Positions 11,701 to 24,074 of a DNA stretch of 64,000 nt are shown piece by piece; the first letter of the stretch is position 1, and each line of letters opens with the position of its first letter. The stretch spans positions 2,229,826-2,293,825 of the forward strand of contig BDGG01000002.1 in the NCBI GenBank assembly GCA_001949185.1, in the 5' to 3' direction. Made by a program: the position numbers and the translations under genes. The stretch is from Ramazzottius varieornatus (taxonomy: Eukaryota; Animalia; Tardigrada). Under the pieces are notes generated by a model. It was not told the DNA's origin. It was given only the letters and a program-made list of their open reading frames with translations, and made no database searches.

Positions 11701-12175
11701 ATTGCCTAAGAGAAAAAGAGTACCTAGCAAAGTAATGACCGAAGTACCGGTATATTCCGTACTTCCGTTTGGGCCGGACAGGTACCCAGAGTACACTTAT
11801 CTCAACCGGCGCATACGTGACCGAGCGCAGGTTGTGCATGAACATCCCGACTTGCATGTTCTGTCAAAAAAGGAACGTTTTGCTTTGCACGCACACGGTG
11901 AACACTATTCTGGTGCCAGCAACCAGCTCAACAGAATCGGATGGGGAAGGAGGCAGCAAAGGGAGTTGTGTGTTTTGGGAAAGGTGATCGAAAGTCAACG
12001 CTAAACGGGGAGATTATACAGCGGTGAACAAAAGCATAAGACCTGTTAGGAAGTATCCTAACATCACGCTGTTGACTGCCAGACTGTTATGTCACTACCT
12101 GACATGACAGCCTGTCAGCCGGCCACCAACTTCTCCCGATATTTGGACGAAAGATTGAGCCGATTCGGTCGTATC

Positions 12176-12395
12176 ATCAATCCGGGTGGACCGGACCATC
12201 AGTCCCGGTGGACCGGATGATCAATCCAGGTGGACCAGATCATTAAAAATCAATGAAATCAATCAAACAATCAATCGAGCAAAAATCGCTCCAACAAGCA
12301 AAATATTCAAGCAATCAATCAAACAGAAAACTTAACGCCGGTCTCGTCAATCAAGCAATCAGATGCATATTTTTATCGATTGATTGATTGATCAG
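12176..12395. repeat. 3 x 22-bp minisatellite followed by an ATCA/TTGA-rich low-complexity tract
   Basis: atcaatccgggtggaccggacc / atcagtcccggtggaccggatg / atcaatccaggtggaccagatc (12176-12241), then aatcaatc... and gattgattgattg. Confidence 0.8.
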
Positions 12396-13356
12396 CAGAA
12401 TCGAAATGCCCATGTAATGCGCACACATGTGCAATTTAGTAGACTCATAGTACGTATTGCGACTAAGACCCAGGATCCCCCAGTGCGGTGTACTCAGAAT
12501 CTACGATTATTTTTTCTTGGGTGAATGTCCGCACAGTCCATATAACGTTCGATTTTCCTCCTTGCCCGGCTTCTATGCGCGTTGGCCATTCTTCCTTGTC
12601 GATATCACTCACAAAACTGGTGCTAGAAAGCGAAGTTTGACTGTACTTTCGGCCAACTTTCGGCCTTTAACATACACCCCGTTCACGCCACATCGCTACC
12701 ATCTAGCACTTCGACGTGAAAAAATTCAGATTGATCCGTTTCGTTTGTTGCTTCGCACTTTTCATACAACTTTCCAAGGTCTTTCGACAGAGCCACGAGT
12801 CGTTTTGTTACAACGGAAAACGCTTTCAAATATTCGACTGGTATGACTTCCGGTGGGAAGATGTTTCGTCCGCGAGTAAAATGCGGTCTATAGAAATCCC
12901 CCTTTGAGACACGATCCTTGATGTAACGTGCGTAGGCCTGAGACTATTTGGGTTGTCCGAAAAAGTTGCGGAAGACCACAGAAGTACCAGACTAGCTCGG
13001 CAAATAAATTAAAACCGTCGAAGTTGCTCATTTTGCCGGAAAAACCGTTTTGTGGCGAGAATCCTAGTTCTGGCTCCGAGCGGCAGATTCTTGTTTTATA
13101 CCAATTTTTATGTGTTGCGGACTGTGTTATAATTATTTGTATGAACAAAATCGTATAAACGCAGTTCGTTACTGCGAAAACACTTTTTGTAATCGGATCT
13201 GAAAACTGGAAAAGTTGGTGCCTGATAATTTTTTGGAAGATATCCAGAAGGATACTAAACCATGGAAAATTAGTCATGAAATTCAGCGATGATCCAGTCC
13301 CGAACACAGCAGTTTTATAGGTGGTAGCGATGTGGCGTGGACGGGCTTGTATTTAC

Positions 13357-13813
13357 CCAATGGTGAGCCTCCGCAGGTTAGTAGCCAAGTAAGCGGTCGC
13401 ATGACCATCGCAGTCTTAAATATGCAGGTTCAGTGGTCATGAATCTGTCCGCACGAAGCTTTCTAGCTGCTTTGTACTGAGGCATCTCAGCACTCACCTG
13501 CTTCGTTGGTGAGGAATACGGTAAGATCGGCAGCTCGCCATTTCGATAGATTCGAGTAATAGAACCTGGCCAGTACGTCGTTACTGACAGGCAACAAATC
13601 GTTGCATTGATTGTACTCCGGACCGGTGATGATATTATGGGAGAAGCTCAACCGAGGATAAAACCTGCGGATGTCTTCCAATGCACTTTCGTAAGCTGGC
13701 TCTACCAGGAAGTAACTTCCCATCTCTCCGGCATAATATAAGATGAGGGTGATCACTTCCACATGGAACAACGGCTGACCGTAGGTGTTACTACTCAAGC
13801 TCAATTTATACAT
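13357..13813 (-). pseudogene. Truncated paralogue (first two exons) of a receptor-guanylate-cyclase-like/ANF-receptor ectodomain gene
   Basis: VEVITL..YAGEMGS....PAYESALEDIR aligns with 17864-18139. Intron 13415-13497, then DCDGHATAYLATNLRRLTIG. No further homologous exons recognised downstream. Confidence 0.65.
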
Positions 13814-15475
13814 TTTTTTCCTATAGGTATTTCCATAAAATTACGAGCGTTCTGCATACTGTCGGCCTTGCTCGTTGGATTTCACATCTCGACATTTCTA
13901 ACCTAGTGCTTGGCTGTTTGCGTCAATTAGCAAACCATGCAGAAAATTATACGTCTCACCGACGAGTTTCTCTTTGTAAGAAACTCGTCGGTACCCAATG
14001 CGAAACTTTCCATGCATAAACAAATTCTAGGCTGGAGTATATGCCTAACACTCCCTAAACTGGCCGGATCACCAGATATGAATACAGGCAGGAGTGTATC
14101 CCTGGTCATCGAGTGACTAAACGACCATAAGCGCCACCCGGAGTACCCTCAACCAGTCGGGATGAACATATGCTGGACACTGTCTGGCGTGATACATGCA
14201 TAAGCGACCAGCAATATTTTCCGTGTACCGGTACTTTTTTGCGTTGTTTGCGCCTTCACTACCTCCTGAAACTGTTGGCATGGATGTCGACTTATCATAC
14301 CTGGAGCAATCTAACAACTGCTTCGCATTTACGGAGGTGACTCAGTTGAGCGGCGGCGTTTGACCGCATCGTCACGCTTCGTATTCGGCTGGGTTTCAAA
14401 TAATTGTGGAGCTTTTTCCACTTTTACAGCTAGCTGTCATCCCTGCAATGGTGATGTGCCTGCAGATTAACATGCTTACGTCAAGAGCCCCCGACACCCT
14501 TCATGTGTTGACACATGAAAATGCACATGGAAGTCTCAAAAATATGAAAAAGAGATAGGTAGCGGAAAAATTTCCAAAGTTGTTATGACCAGCAACTAAC
14601 ATACCTCCATATACCGGGTCGACTTGCGGAATGCTAGTTTTAAATCATCCTGATACTTCTCAGCTTCTGCTACCTTTTCGAATATGAGGATGAAAAACAC
14701 TACACCGTTGCCATCCTCTAGCGACGTTGGTGCAGAACTTCTGTAACAGAGGAAATCCGGAAGCGGCCGCACCAGTGGCGCCATCTTCGGCCGTCTCGTT
14801 ACTTCCGCCACACCCAACAGAAGCACATGCAACCAGAGTCCATATATCCTGGATAGTCCCGCCACTGTGTAGCACGGTAATATCGGATCAGTGGAAACAC
14901 AATCTCAGACCTGACTGGAGCAGGCGGAAACACACTGACACGCCCATCGGAACTGATAACTGTTACAGGTTTGATGCAAGGGCTGCGTCAGACAACTCGT
15001 GCCAGTGGTGTTTGCATGTGCTCGTCGCGTCTCATTGTAAGTCACCACAGTTGTCACGCACCACCTTACAACCACTGGGCGGAGACGCGCACGCGTCTTG
15101 ACCGAAAAAAACTTTTATGTTTTCTTGTTGCGGCGAAGCTTTGTCGAAGTTCCCATAAAGCTGATGCCATTTTAACCGTTCGAGTAATCAATGCTGCGGG
15201 ACTATACAGGATATACAGTATGGATTCTGATGCAACTGTCATAAGTGCGCAAAATCCTCGATTGCCAAATATAGACCCAGCGGGGTGGACCGTATTGCTC
15301 CAGTACATGTGCCGAAGCTGATTCTGACATGGGGGATAGTAATGTAAGTGTACCAAACTGGGCTGGTACTGTTGAAATAACAAAGTAGAGAATACTCAGA
15401 AACTTTCGAGCAAGAAACAACTCAACACCGCAAGAGCTAACGAGAGGTATGGAAATGGGACATCCCAAAGAACGG

Positions 15476-18139
15476 TTATCTCGTACGAGAAGTACGGTGT
15501 CGGACGGACAAACCCAATTCATGCTGCGACATCATTCGGAAGTCGTAATGGCTCGGGACGGCTAATGAGCTCGTTGATCCTGCGAGAACAATTGACCGTG
15601 GTGGGAGGATCCACCATATATGTCCGTCCGGGTTATTGCTGGAAGTTTCAGACCCCATTACTCCTCAGCCGTGTCATACCGAACGACCACAATCATTACC
15701 AGCCATCGTCCAAAGATGATGCATCTGGTCAAAGCAACAGCGAACGCTATGACGGCAATGGCGCCACCTACAGCAACTTCTTTACTTCCGGCAGAACCTA
15801 TGAGAAGCAGGTTTCAGCACATATTGTTACGCCGGTTTGTCACCATTAGTTGTCAATCTTTAGGACGCTTCGAGACAGTACTTGTCCGACAAGATGGGTC
15901 GAGGCCATCGAATCCGCAAGCTGGTCGATCGGCAATCGGCCAAGCCGCTCCGTGAATCCAGTTTATCGGCTGGATTTCGATGAAGGTCGACTGCTCATCG
16001 GAAAGGATCAACGCCATTCTCTACGATGGAATGAATGAGTGATACGTCAGAAGGTCTATGGAGCAGATTTTAAACTATCATGTGAGGAAATTTAGTTCGT
16101 TTTTCATTACAATCACGTTCGTTTCGTTGAACTGTTCCAAAACGAAGTCGGGTGCGTTTAAAGATCCGTATTGGTCAAACGTGTACGTTCCCGTTCGCAA
16201 CTTGAAGGTGCGATTGTAAAATCTCTTGGCCAGTAGCTGACCATCAAGCAACAAGGGTATTTCATTGGAGTTTCCAGTTGCAGCTTCGTTGATAACCTGG
16301 AAGGAAACCAATGGGCAGCTTCTTGTGAATTCGAAGTCCGAGAAAACAGATTCTGGTTACCATACTTGGGCCACCAGTAACATCATGGTGTAAGCGATAT
16401 CCAAATGGAAGTTCTGCGGAAAAAAGATAGTGCGACTTTTCAGTTGCTGCAATTAAGCTGCTTGTACTGTATTTTCGTTTTGAATTCCATGCCAACCTCG
16501 CTCGTCGAAGCGTACGAGGTATTATATTCGCGAGCCGATGCTAACCGCCACTGTTCCCTCAGGTTAAAAAGGTCGGATCCGGCGGGTGGAANNNNNNNNN
16601 NNNNNNNNNNNNNNNNNNNNNNNNNNNNNNNNNNNNNNNNNTTCGATGATTAGTACAGACTTGTATGCTTCTTCAGCTTCCTGAAGCAAGCGAGAGCGCA
16701 GACTTGTCTCAGCCAATAGGTGAGAAAAAGGGTCCGATGACTATTAGTCCCAGTACCTTGTCGTCCTTGTCCCCGTACTCCCAGAAAAAAACTCCCCAGA
16801 ATTGGATTTCTCCATGGCCAGTAGTTGAGAAAGACCTACATTGAGAAAAATCAAAGATTGAATGGTTTTATACAATTTTTCGCCAGCGTAGTCAAGCTCT
16901 CAAAGTGCATGGATTTCGCTTACATGGTCGCCAGCAGTCATGTTCAGGCTTTTTGCAGCGAGCCGCGAAAAGGTGCTGTTTTTTCGGCGGCAGGAGGAAA
17001 TTGTTTTTGTTAAAACAAAACTGATCAATCGGCTACTGCAGGTGACAAGCTTACCATGATCTTGCGCATTGTTTGTCCAAACACCAAGTAGTGGGACACT
17101 AGAGAAACAGATGCTCAACTGGAGGACACGAGAAGGAGAAAAAACGCTAACAAGATATCGCAACGTACCGCGCGCCTTTCGATTCAGCTGTTCCATCAAC
17201 AAAGTAAAGCTTATCGTCGGAGAGAACCCGTCGATTTCGTATACAGTGACATGGAGACTCGGCTCTAACATAATCTTTCTTCTGATGATGTGCGCTCTTT
17301 TGCACATCACCGGGTTACGGACGCTTTCACAGAAGAATACAAGGGTTTTCCAGTTGAAGCGCTGCATGAGTTTCACCAGCATTTCTGCATGCGCCGCAGT
17401 CGCTGCCGAACCACCCGGTCCGAACTCGATCCGTGTTGGCCGTTTCAATTTTTCGGCGACTTCGAATGTCACTGAAGTGCTGAAATTGAAACACCAGTAC
17501 AAAGATAAATCAACACGACCAGCGCGGAGGATTCTTCCGCATTCGATACTAAGAATTTTCTTTGAGTTGAAAGTAAGGTAAATCAATTCACGTACAGGAT
17601 TGACATCTCAAGCGGCGCAACGGCTCCAGCCACCAACAGCGTAAACGTGCGCCGCTCAAGCTAATAACCATTTGGCACGTTTCATTCGCCGGTTTTCCAC
17701 ATTTTGCCAGTCTAATATTTTCCGATCTCTGATGCGATCTTTGAACCCATGGTTCGTAAAATTACCTAAGAATCAGCTTGTTCAAAGCGGTTGCAAGATC
17801 CGCGGATGCATGATTATCGCAGTCAGCATCGTTTGACAGAAATACAGTCACGTTGGATGTCCGCTATTTTTCCTTGTTTCTGAAGTAAGACCGTCTCAGC
17901 AAGTCATCGCTGTTTGACCAAAGATCGCCACAGAACTCATACGCCCGATCCGCGACAATATCTTGATTCATCCGCAGCCTGGGAAAGGTGGTACGGATGT
18001 CTTGAAGGGCCGATTGGTACGGGGGAGCAATGAATCCCAGGCTTCCCATTTCAGCTGCGTACATTAATCCGAGTGTGATCACCTCAACGCGGATCGCACC
18101 TGCGTTTGTTGTATTTCGATTGGATCTGTATTCATCCAT
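15476..18139 (-). pseudogene. Receptor-guanylate-cyclase-like single-pass receptor (ANF ligand-binding ectodomain + TM + short tail) with an in-frame TAG
   Basis: Exons encode LVKLMQRFNWKTLVFFC, DGQLLAKRFYNRTFKLRTG, the juxtamembrane rGC motif INWIHGAAWPIADRPACGFDGLDPSC, a hydrophobic TM and a short tail (HIWWILP...stop at 15476). TAG at 17864-17866 lies where the paralogue has TGG. The gene spans an N gap. Confidence 0.7.
16592..16641. other. Assembly gap (50 N)
   Basis: Run of N. Confidence 1.
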
Positions 18140-18283
18140 GAAAGTCTTCGGTTCTGAGACAGAGCAGCACAGGTACTCTGAACGTGAACAAAGTTGACGA
18201 TGAATTTATTAGACGATACAAGGAAAGATTGCTCAAGAAGTCAACGCGTGGACCTTTGATCTTTCGGTGTCCTGTACAGTGTA

Positions 18284-18433
18284 CGACAAAGTAACCGTTA
18301 AAAATGGGCGTAACACTCCAGCTGAGCTTACTTACGACTCAGCCAATGAGAATTAGCTTCTGCTACATTTGTAAATTTCATTGTCTTTAACCATCTGGTT
18401 CTATACACCCATTTTTAACGGTTTATTTTGTCG
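18284..18433. repeat. Inverted-repeat element (about 150 bp)
   Basis: cgacaaagtaaccgttaaaaatgggcgta ... tacacccatttttaacggtttattttgtcg. Confidence 0.8.
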
Positions 18434-18545
18434 GGCTTCTCTAGCCTTCTCTTTAGCTTCAGTCTCCGTGGCTCCATATGTGCTGAAGCCATAGCACATA
18501 TGTTGGCTAATCCACTGGAGCTAAAGAGAAGGCCAGAGAGGCCCG
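18432..18545. repeat. Near-complete hairpin element (about 114 bp) abutting the previous one
   Basis: cgggcttctctagccttctctttagcttcagt ... actggagctaaagagaaggccagagaggcccg; inner stem catatgtgct/agcacatatg. Confidence 0.85.
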
Positions 18546-19073
18546 CCTTCCGTTATGCATGGTTTCTATTTCGCGCCTGCTGAGTGCATGCAGGCACAGA
18601 ACGGAATGGGGTGTCTTGCCATTGACGCTTCCATTGCATTCACTACGGTTTCTACTGCACCTCAGTAAACCCTAAATAACTCAAGTCTATGCAATATGAA
18701 AGTTCCCAAATTGCTCCAAATAGCCACCTAATAGGCATCAGGTAAAACCCCGACGTGGCCCAAATGGGATTAGCTCAGATTCAAGGCCGGAGAGGCTCTG
18801 CCAACCGGGTACAGTACTTCCGGTTTTACAGCTCGGTACTAGTATCTAGAGGTTTGTTTGAACAAGCGTGTCAAAAAAGAGCAAACAAGCTGACAGCGAA
18901 GGTTTTTCTTCGTGGAGACTCTTCGTGTTTTTCAAAGTCGATTAGGAAATGAATTGTCTGCCAAGACTGAATCTACCCTACGCGAAAGAAATTTACCGGC
19001 AACCAAAGGACAGAAATTGCCGCTGGCACTTTTTGCCGTTTGCACTGTTTCAGTTAACATAATGGTCGATGGA

Positions 19074-21215
19074 TTACAGTTGAGTAAGCACAAGCAGGGG
19101 CAGAACTCCCACCAGGGAGCTACCAATCGTCGTCGCCCGACTCTTCTGAATCTCCAGCGGGCTTTCCGCTTTTCGACCTTGTGCTTCGCTAGCTCCACCT
19201 GGATGTACGTCGGCTCGAACAGAAGCCGAGCGTGATGAGTACAGCGATACAATCCGATTTCCGATAGGCTGAACTGGTCGGAAGTTTTTGAGTATCCTGG
19301 TTTCCGTCGCATTCGCCACGGTTTGGATTTGCCCATCCTCATCGTGAACGTGGCCTTCCAACCGCCGGAAGGCTTCCATCTAAAACAGAACTAAATGATC
19401 CATCAGTCAACGTTTCCAGAGAGAATGATCCTCGGGGTGGTCTGCTTGGATTACCAGTCATCGTCACGAGATTACCTGTTGTCGAGATATGGGAACGGGC
19501 TGGCGGAACACAGACCATTTGACAACTGGATCACAGGGTGGAGTAGTTAAAGATCCGGTGTACCGGTAGTAATCACGGTACTTAGGAAGGAGAGACTGCA
19601 GAGTGAAGGTCGGAAGGTAAGCGTCGACCGGCTCTAGAATAAAGATTCCGAGTTCATAATCTAAACGGGCTGAAGTGCTTTGCGCAGCGCTCGTTCTGAT
19701 TACTAAAATTTGAAAAAAACAGACGAGGAACCTACCGTCAGGCTTGATTACTCTTTCTAAAGCCTGGGTTACCGGGTCCAGGTTGGGATTGGCATTCTCG
19801 TCACTGACCACGTCGAAGAAGATTCCTATTACGGCTAAATTAAGGTCCTCGTTTTCGTTTTTCAGCTCCTTCTTGTCGTCATTGGCCTTCTCGTCATGGA
19901 CGCGTTTCTTATGCACAATGTGCAACTAAAATATTCGACACGATCGAATTGGTACAATCCTACGCAGGTTTAGCTCTCACGAACGTACTTCCAGGGGATA
20001 CTGATGCCCGTCAACCCGATGTTCCGAGCCTTCGAAGTCCTCTTCCCCCCAGTGAAAGTGTAGTTGCACCACTTCGTACTTGTCGACAAGAGCACCACCT
20101 TGAAGTTGCGGCGGACACGTGTAGTTGCCTTTCATCACAACTACGGAAAGAGGAGAGAACGTATTCAAAGTGAGTTTCAACGTATTAATGTATTCAATGT
20201 GGAAACAAATAAAGAAATTCATTTCCGACCGGTATGTCCATTGTTGAAGATTTTCCATGCATGGTGGGGCGGGTGTTCATCATAGTCCACGAAGAATATA
20301 TGTTGGAGAGTGTCGCTGGGTTGGATCCTCGAGGTATCAAAGTTGATGGGCGACTGGTTGTGACGACCACACTTAGGGTACTCGTCTCGCCACTTGTCTA
20401 CCGGCTGCGTAGAGTTCACTCCTGGAAAAAAGGAGGAAGATTTTGAGGACTGCAAAATCTGTATATAATGATACAGCCAATGGCCTTCCCCTCTCCTGTT
20501 TACTCTTATCTAAGTACAGCGTAGTACTTCCTGCTTTAATGCATAGCCATGCTTTTGCTGCCTTCATGAAGCGATGCACAAATTTGTTTTCCTCATTCAC
20601 TTTCTCTTCTTGCTTCGAACGATGAGGTTTAGCGTTATTGATGGTAGACCTCACCCGTAAACTGTGTACCCAACAGACAAAACCGCTATTCCCGAGCTCA
20701 AAATTAAACTTTCGGCATGTTGTGAAAGCTGGACTGGACGCTGGACGCTGAAAGTGGACAAGGGACAGACACCGGTTGGATAAGTGTACTGAATAGCTGA
20801 ACTAGACAATTCCGCTTAAAACTGCGTAACAGCGACAATGGAAGCTCGGTAACATGGAACGAAGAACCGGTAAGACATTGCTTTTGCAGAATATCATCAG
20901 TGCACTTGTCCAACCGCCGTTTGTCTATTGTCCACGTCCCAACGTCGAGTTCAGCTTTTACAACATGCCGAAAATTTCCTAGTTAGAGCGATAACGCCAG
21001 TCGTGCGAAAGCTACATTCACATTCCTCTACGGTATATCCGTGTGGTACAAAAGCTTTGCATTGTGAGCATTCAGTCGACTCGCGCTCAATCACAGATAC
21101 ATTTCCGGTAAAGCCTACCTGTGTGCCGGGATATGTATCTCCATCTTCCGGCACCATCAACATATGATCCAGCAACAATAAATATCAAACAGTACAAAAT
21201 TAAATGCGAATGCAT
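19074..21215 (-). CDS. Alpha-carbonic anhydrase, secreted, probably GPI-anchored
   Basis: Exon 1 (21119-21215) signal peptide [21 protein letters not shown] then WRY. Motifs QSPIN, NNGHT, QLHFHWG...GSEH, LHIVH (three Zn ligands), [27 protein letters not shown]. Hydrophobic C-terminus [15 protein letters not shown] with no cytoplasmic tail. Confidence 0.93.
20706..20977. mobile_element. MITE-like inverted-repeat element in carbonic anhydrase intron 1
   Basis: aaactttcggcatgttgtgaaagctg...cggttggataagtgtactga mirrors tcagtgcacttgtccaaccg...cagcttttacaacatgccgaaaattt; arms about 85 bp. Confidence 0.75.
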
Positions 21216-22101
21216 GACGAGATCGGCTCTGTCACGCCTTTGGTATGGGGTCCTGGAGAAAGAGCCTGGAAGAGCTTTAGCTAAGGCCAAGACAGCCAAG
21301 ATCAAGTCTTCTCTAACCTTGTCTGCTGCGAACCGAACAGGGCGTTGGACTTTCGAACACCATGGTGGCGTAATCCCAGACTATAGCCTACTTACTTATC
21401 AAATCTTTCACGTCGCTTGGGTTCTTCGGAGCCAAACCATTTACCTCGTCAACTCAACACTTGATAGCTCAGGTTTCTTAGATGCTCGCTAAACACCCAT
21501 TTGATGGCGGTTGTTAAAAAACGTTAATGGATATCTCGAGCTTCTGCCGACATGCCGTCATTTTCGTTTCCACCTCATCATTCACAGTTCGGTCAATACT
21601 GCACTGTATGTATGTCCAGCCATAGGACTTTTCCCCAAAATCAATCAACAATGATTCAGTCAGTGACCGATCACTCAATCAAAAGTCCTATAGTGATGAT
21701 GCCGGACATCAGTCGACACCGATCATAATTGATAATGTAATAATAGCAAAGTGTTAACGTCAGTTGAAGAAAACGCATGGAACAACAGGTTGACCAAAAT
21801 AATGACCGACAACCTAAAAGATCGAATAACAGCCCGAACATTGTGAAAACCAAAAAATCAAACTGTCTTGAGACAATGAGAACGATTTGCTGTGGTGTAC
21901 CCAGAATAGTAAACAGATGCGTAGTACCAAAACGCCTGTATGAAAACACCATATGAGAACATAAAAGCTTCCGCTTATTGACACATACCAGAATCAGCAA
22001 CCACAGGAGAGATAATACACCATGCGATCAAGTAAAACCCAAAAATTTTCCTAGCTCGTCAGAGAGTCTTCAGCTTGCGATCACATCCATCGACAGAGTC
22101 G

Positions 22102-23824
22102 TTAAACCCCGTCCAGTTCGCGCTTGCCGCCTTTTTTCGGGTTTTTCCCTGGCTTTACCGTGATGGTTCCGTTGTCATACTCTATCGCACTGTCAGGTCC
22201 ATTCAGCTGGTCCGTCAAGTCCGACAGTCGTTTGACAGCGCCATCTGCGGTCGAAGGGTTGTTGCCGTAGGCGTGGCTGTTGGCCATGATAACCGATCCT
22301 GTTCGATGGTGCTCCGTGGTGTCCGGCATGCCATTTTGCGACCCACAGCCCTTCCCGCTGGATCCCGCTTGGCACTTGTGTTGGTGAGGCATCGTGTCGG
22401 AATAGGAGGCGCAGGAAGACGACATGAGCTGGCCACTCCCACCGGTAGGGTTGTAGGGGATACCTTTGGCTTTAGACTCCTTCTTGGCTTTCATCCGTCT
22501 GTTTTCTGCAATAAAAACGCGTTCGGTTGATGCACCAGATTTGCCGTGAAATATCGCAGAAAAAGTGCCATGTATTCCTGATTCCTCTCCTGAATTTCAG
22601 TAACACAGTAAACTGGCTGAATTTTGACTGAATATGACTGTCATTGCCCAATTGGTACAACGTTCTTGAAATCGGGCGTCTTTTGTGCTAAAAAATTTCA
22701 CTTACGGAACCAGATCTTGATCTGTCTTTCGGAAAGGACCAGCTGTTGAGCCATCTCGATCCGCCGTGGCCGACAGAGGTACTTGCTGTAATGGAACTCT
22801 TTTTCCAGCTCTACCAACTGGGCGCTCGTGTACGCGGTCCTTGCTCGCTTGCTTCCGTTACCACCATGTCCATGACGCCCTTCATCCCCCTCATACCCTA
22901 AGGAAACAAACGTTTATTCCACTTTTATTCCTGTTCTAAAAGGAAGCGTAAGATAGCAATGATTGCACCATCAAGAGGGTTGTGTTTACCTTCGTAGCCT
23001 TCTGCCGAACCTTCGGATGACGGATTAGGCGAACCCATCGGCGCAGTAACCGCAGGTGGCGCTGGTGGTGTGACGAGATCATTTTTGTACGAGTACCCAC
23101 TTTCCGGTGAGTGTCTCTCCTCCGCATTCTCCTGCTTGATGTTTTTCCTCCTTCCACCGCCACCCGAACCCCTGGACTGTTTCATCCAGTCGTAAATTTC
23201 ATGTTTCGGTCCAGCCGGTTGCTGTGGCTGTTGTACCGACTGCATGGTCTGACCTGCTCCTGGATATCCAGCAGCCGGGTACGAACCAGGCGAAGTCCGA
23301 ATGGTCGTCGTGGGTGACGACGTCGGCGAGAACTGCGATGAACGAACTTGGTTGATGGGAGGCACTTCCGGTCGGAAGGCCGTCGTGTTGTTTCGGCTGT
23401 AGGTCACGTCATTTTCCACTGCACTGTTGTAAACACTGGCCGGTGTGTGATGAGACGGGAAGCGTGGTGCGGTCTCATAGTCGACTGGAGTAACGTAGTC
23501 GGCAGTGTATGTAGGTACTTGATGGGTTGGCTCGACGTGGTGGTAGGAGTAGGGGCTGTAGTGAGACTGACCGGGATAGGGGGCGCTGGTGTACGAGCTG
23601 TACGGGCTGTGCATATAAGGACTGCTAGCGGAAGTGAAGTCGCCGACAGAGGGCGCCATACTGTGGTGCGCCAGTGACGGGTAGTAGTGCATGCCCTGCT
23701 TGCTCATGGCACTGCCGTATGAGCCGTGGCTGGCGGCGTGCGCGGAAGCAGCCGAACCGTAAGAAATGGGATCGTAGATACCGGGTGGCTCCATGGGAAA
23801 AGGATTGGGACCCATTGTCACCAT
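22102..23824 (-). CDS. Hox3: Hox3 homeobox transcription factor
   Basis: Exons 22990-23824, 22706-22897, 22102-22505. Hexapeptide IYDWMK. Homeodomain [49 protein letters not shown]|[10 protein letters not shown] carries the paralogy-group-3 signature [20 protein letters not shown]...YLCRPRR. Confidence 0.95.
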
Positions 23825-24074
23825 GTCTTTCGGGATCTGGGGTATTGGGCCTGCAAACGATATGAAGCCAGTCAGAGAAATTGAACTTCAGCGTGCTATA
23901 GCATGGCGAGCGCCTCGTAGAAAATTGGCAGAAGGTTCCTCGGTGTAGTTTATCGTTGCCAATATCTGCCATTGAGTGAAGAGCAACTAAGTTAGTTTAG
24001 TATCCCGGCCTATTACAGTAAACCTTGCGATGAGATTTTTGCTGAGGCTGTGCCAGCTCAGTTTTCAAAATGTA

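Noticed and set aside
12176-12241. CRISPR-like array
   Set aside because: Contiguous tandem units without unique spacers, eukaryotic context, no cas genes.
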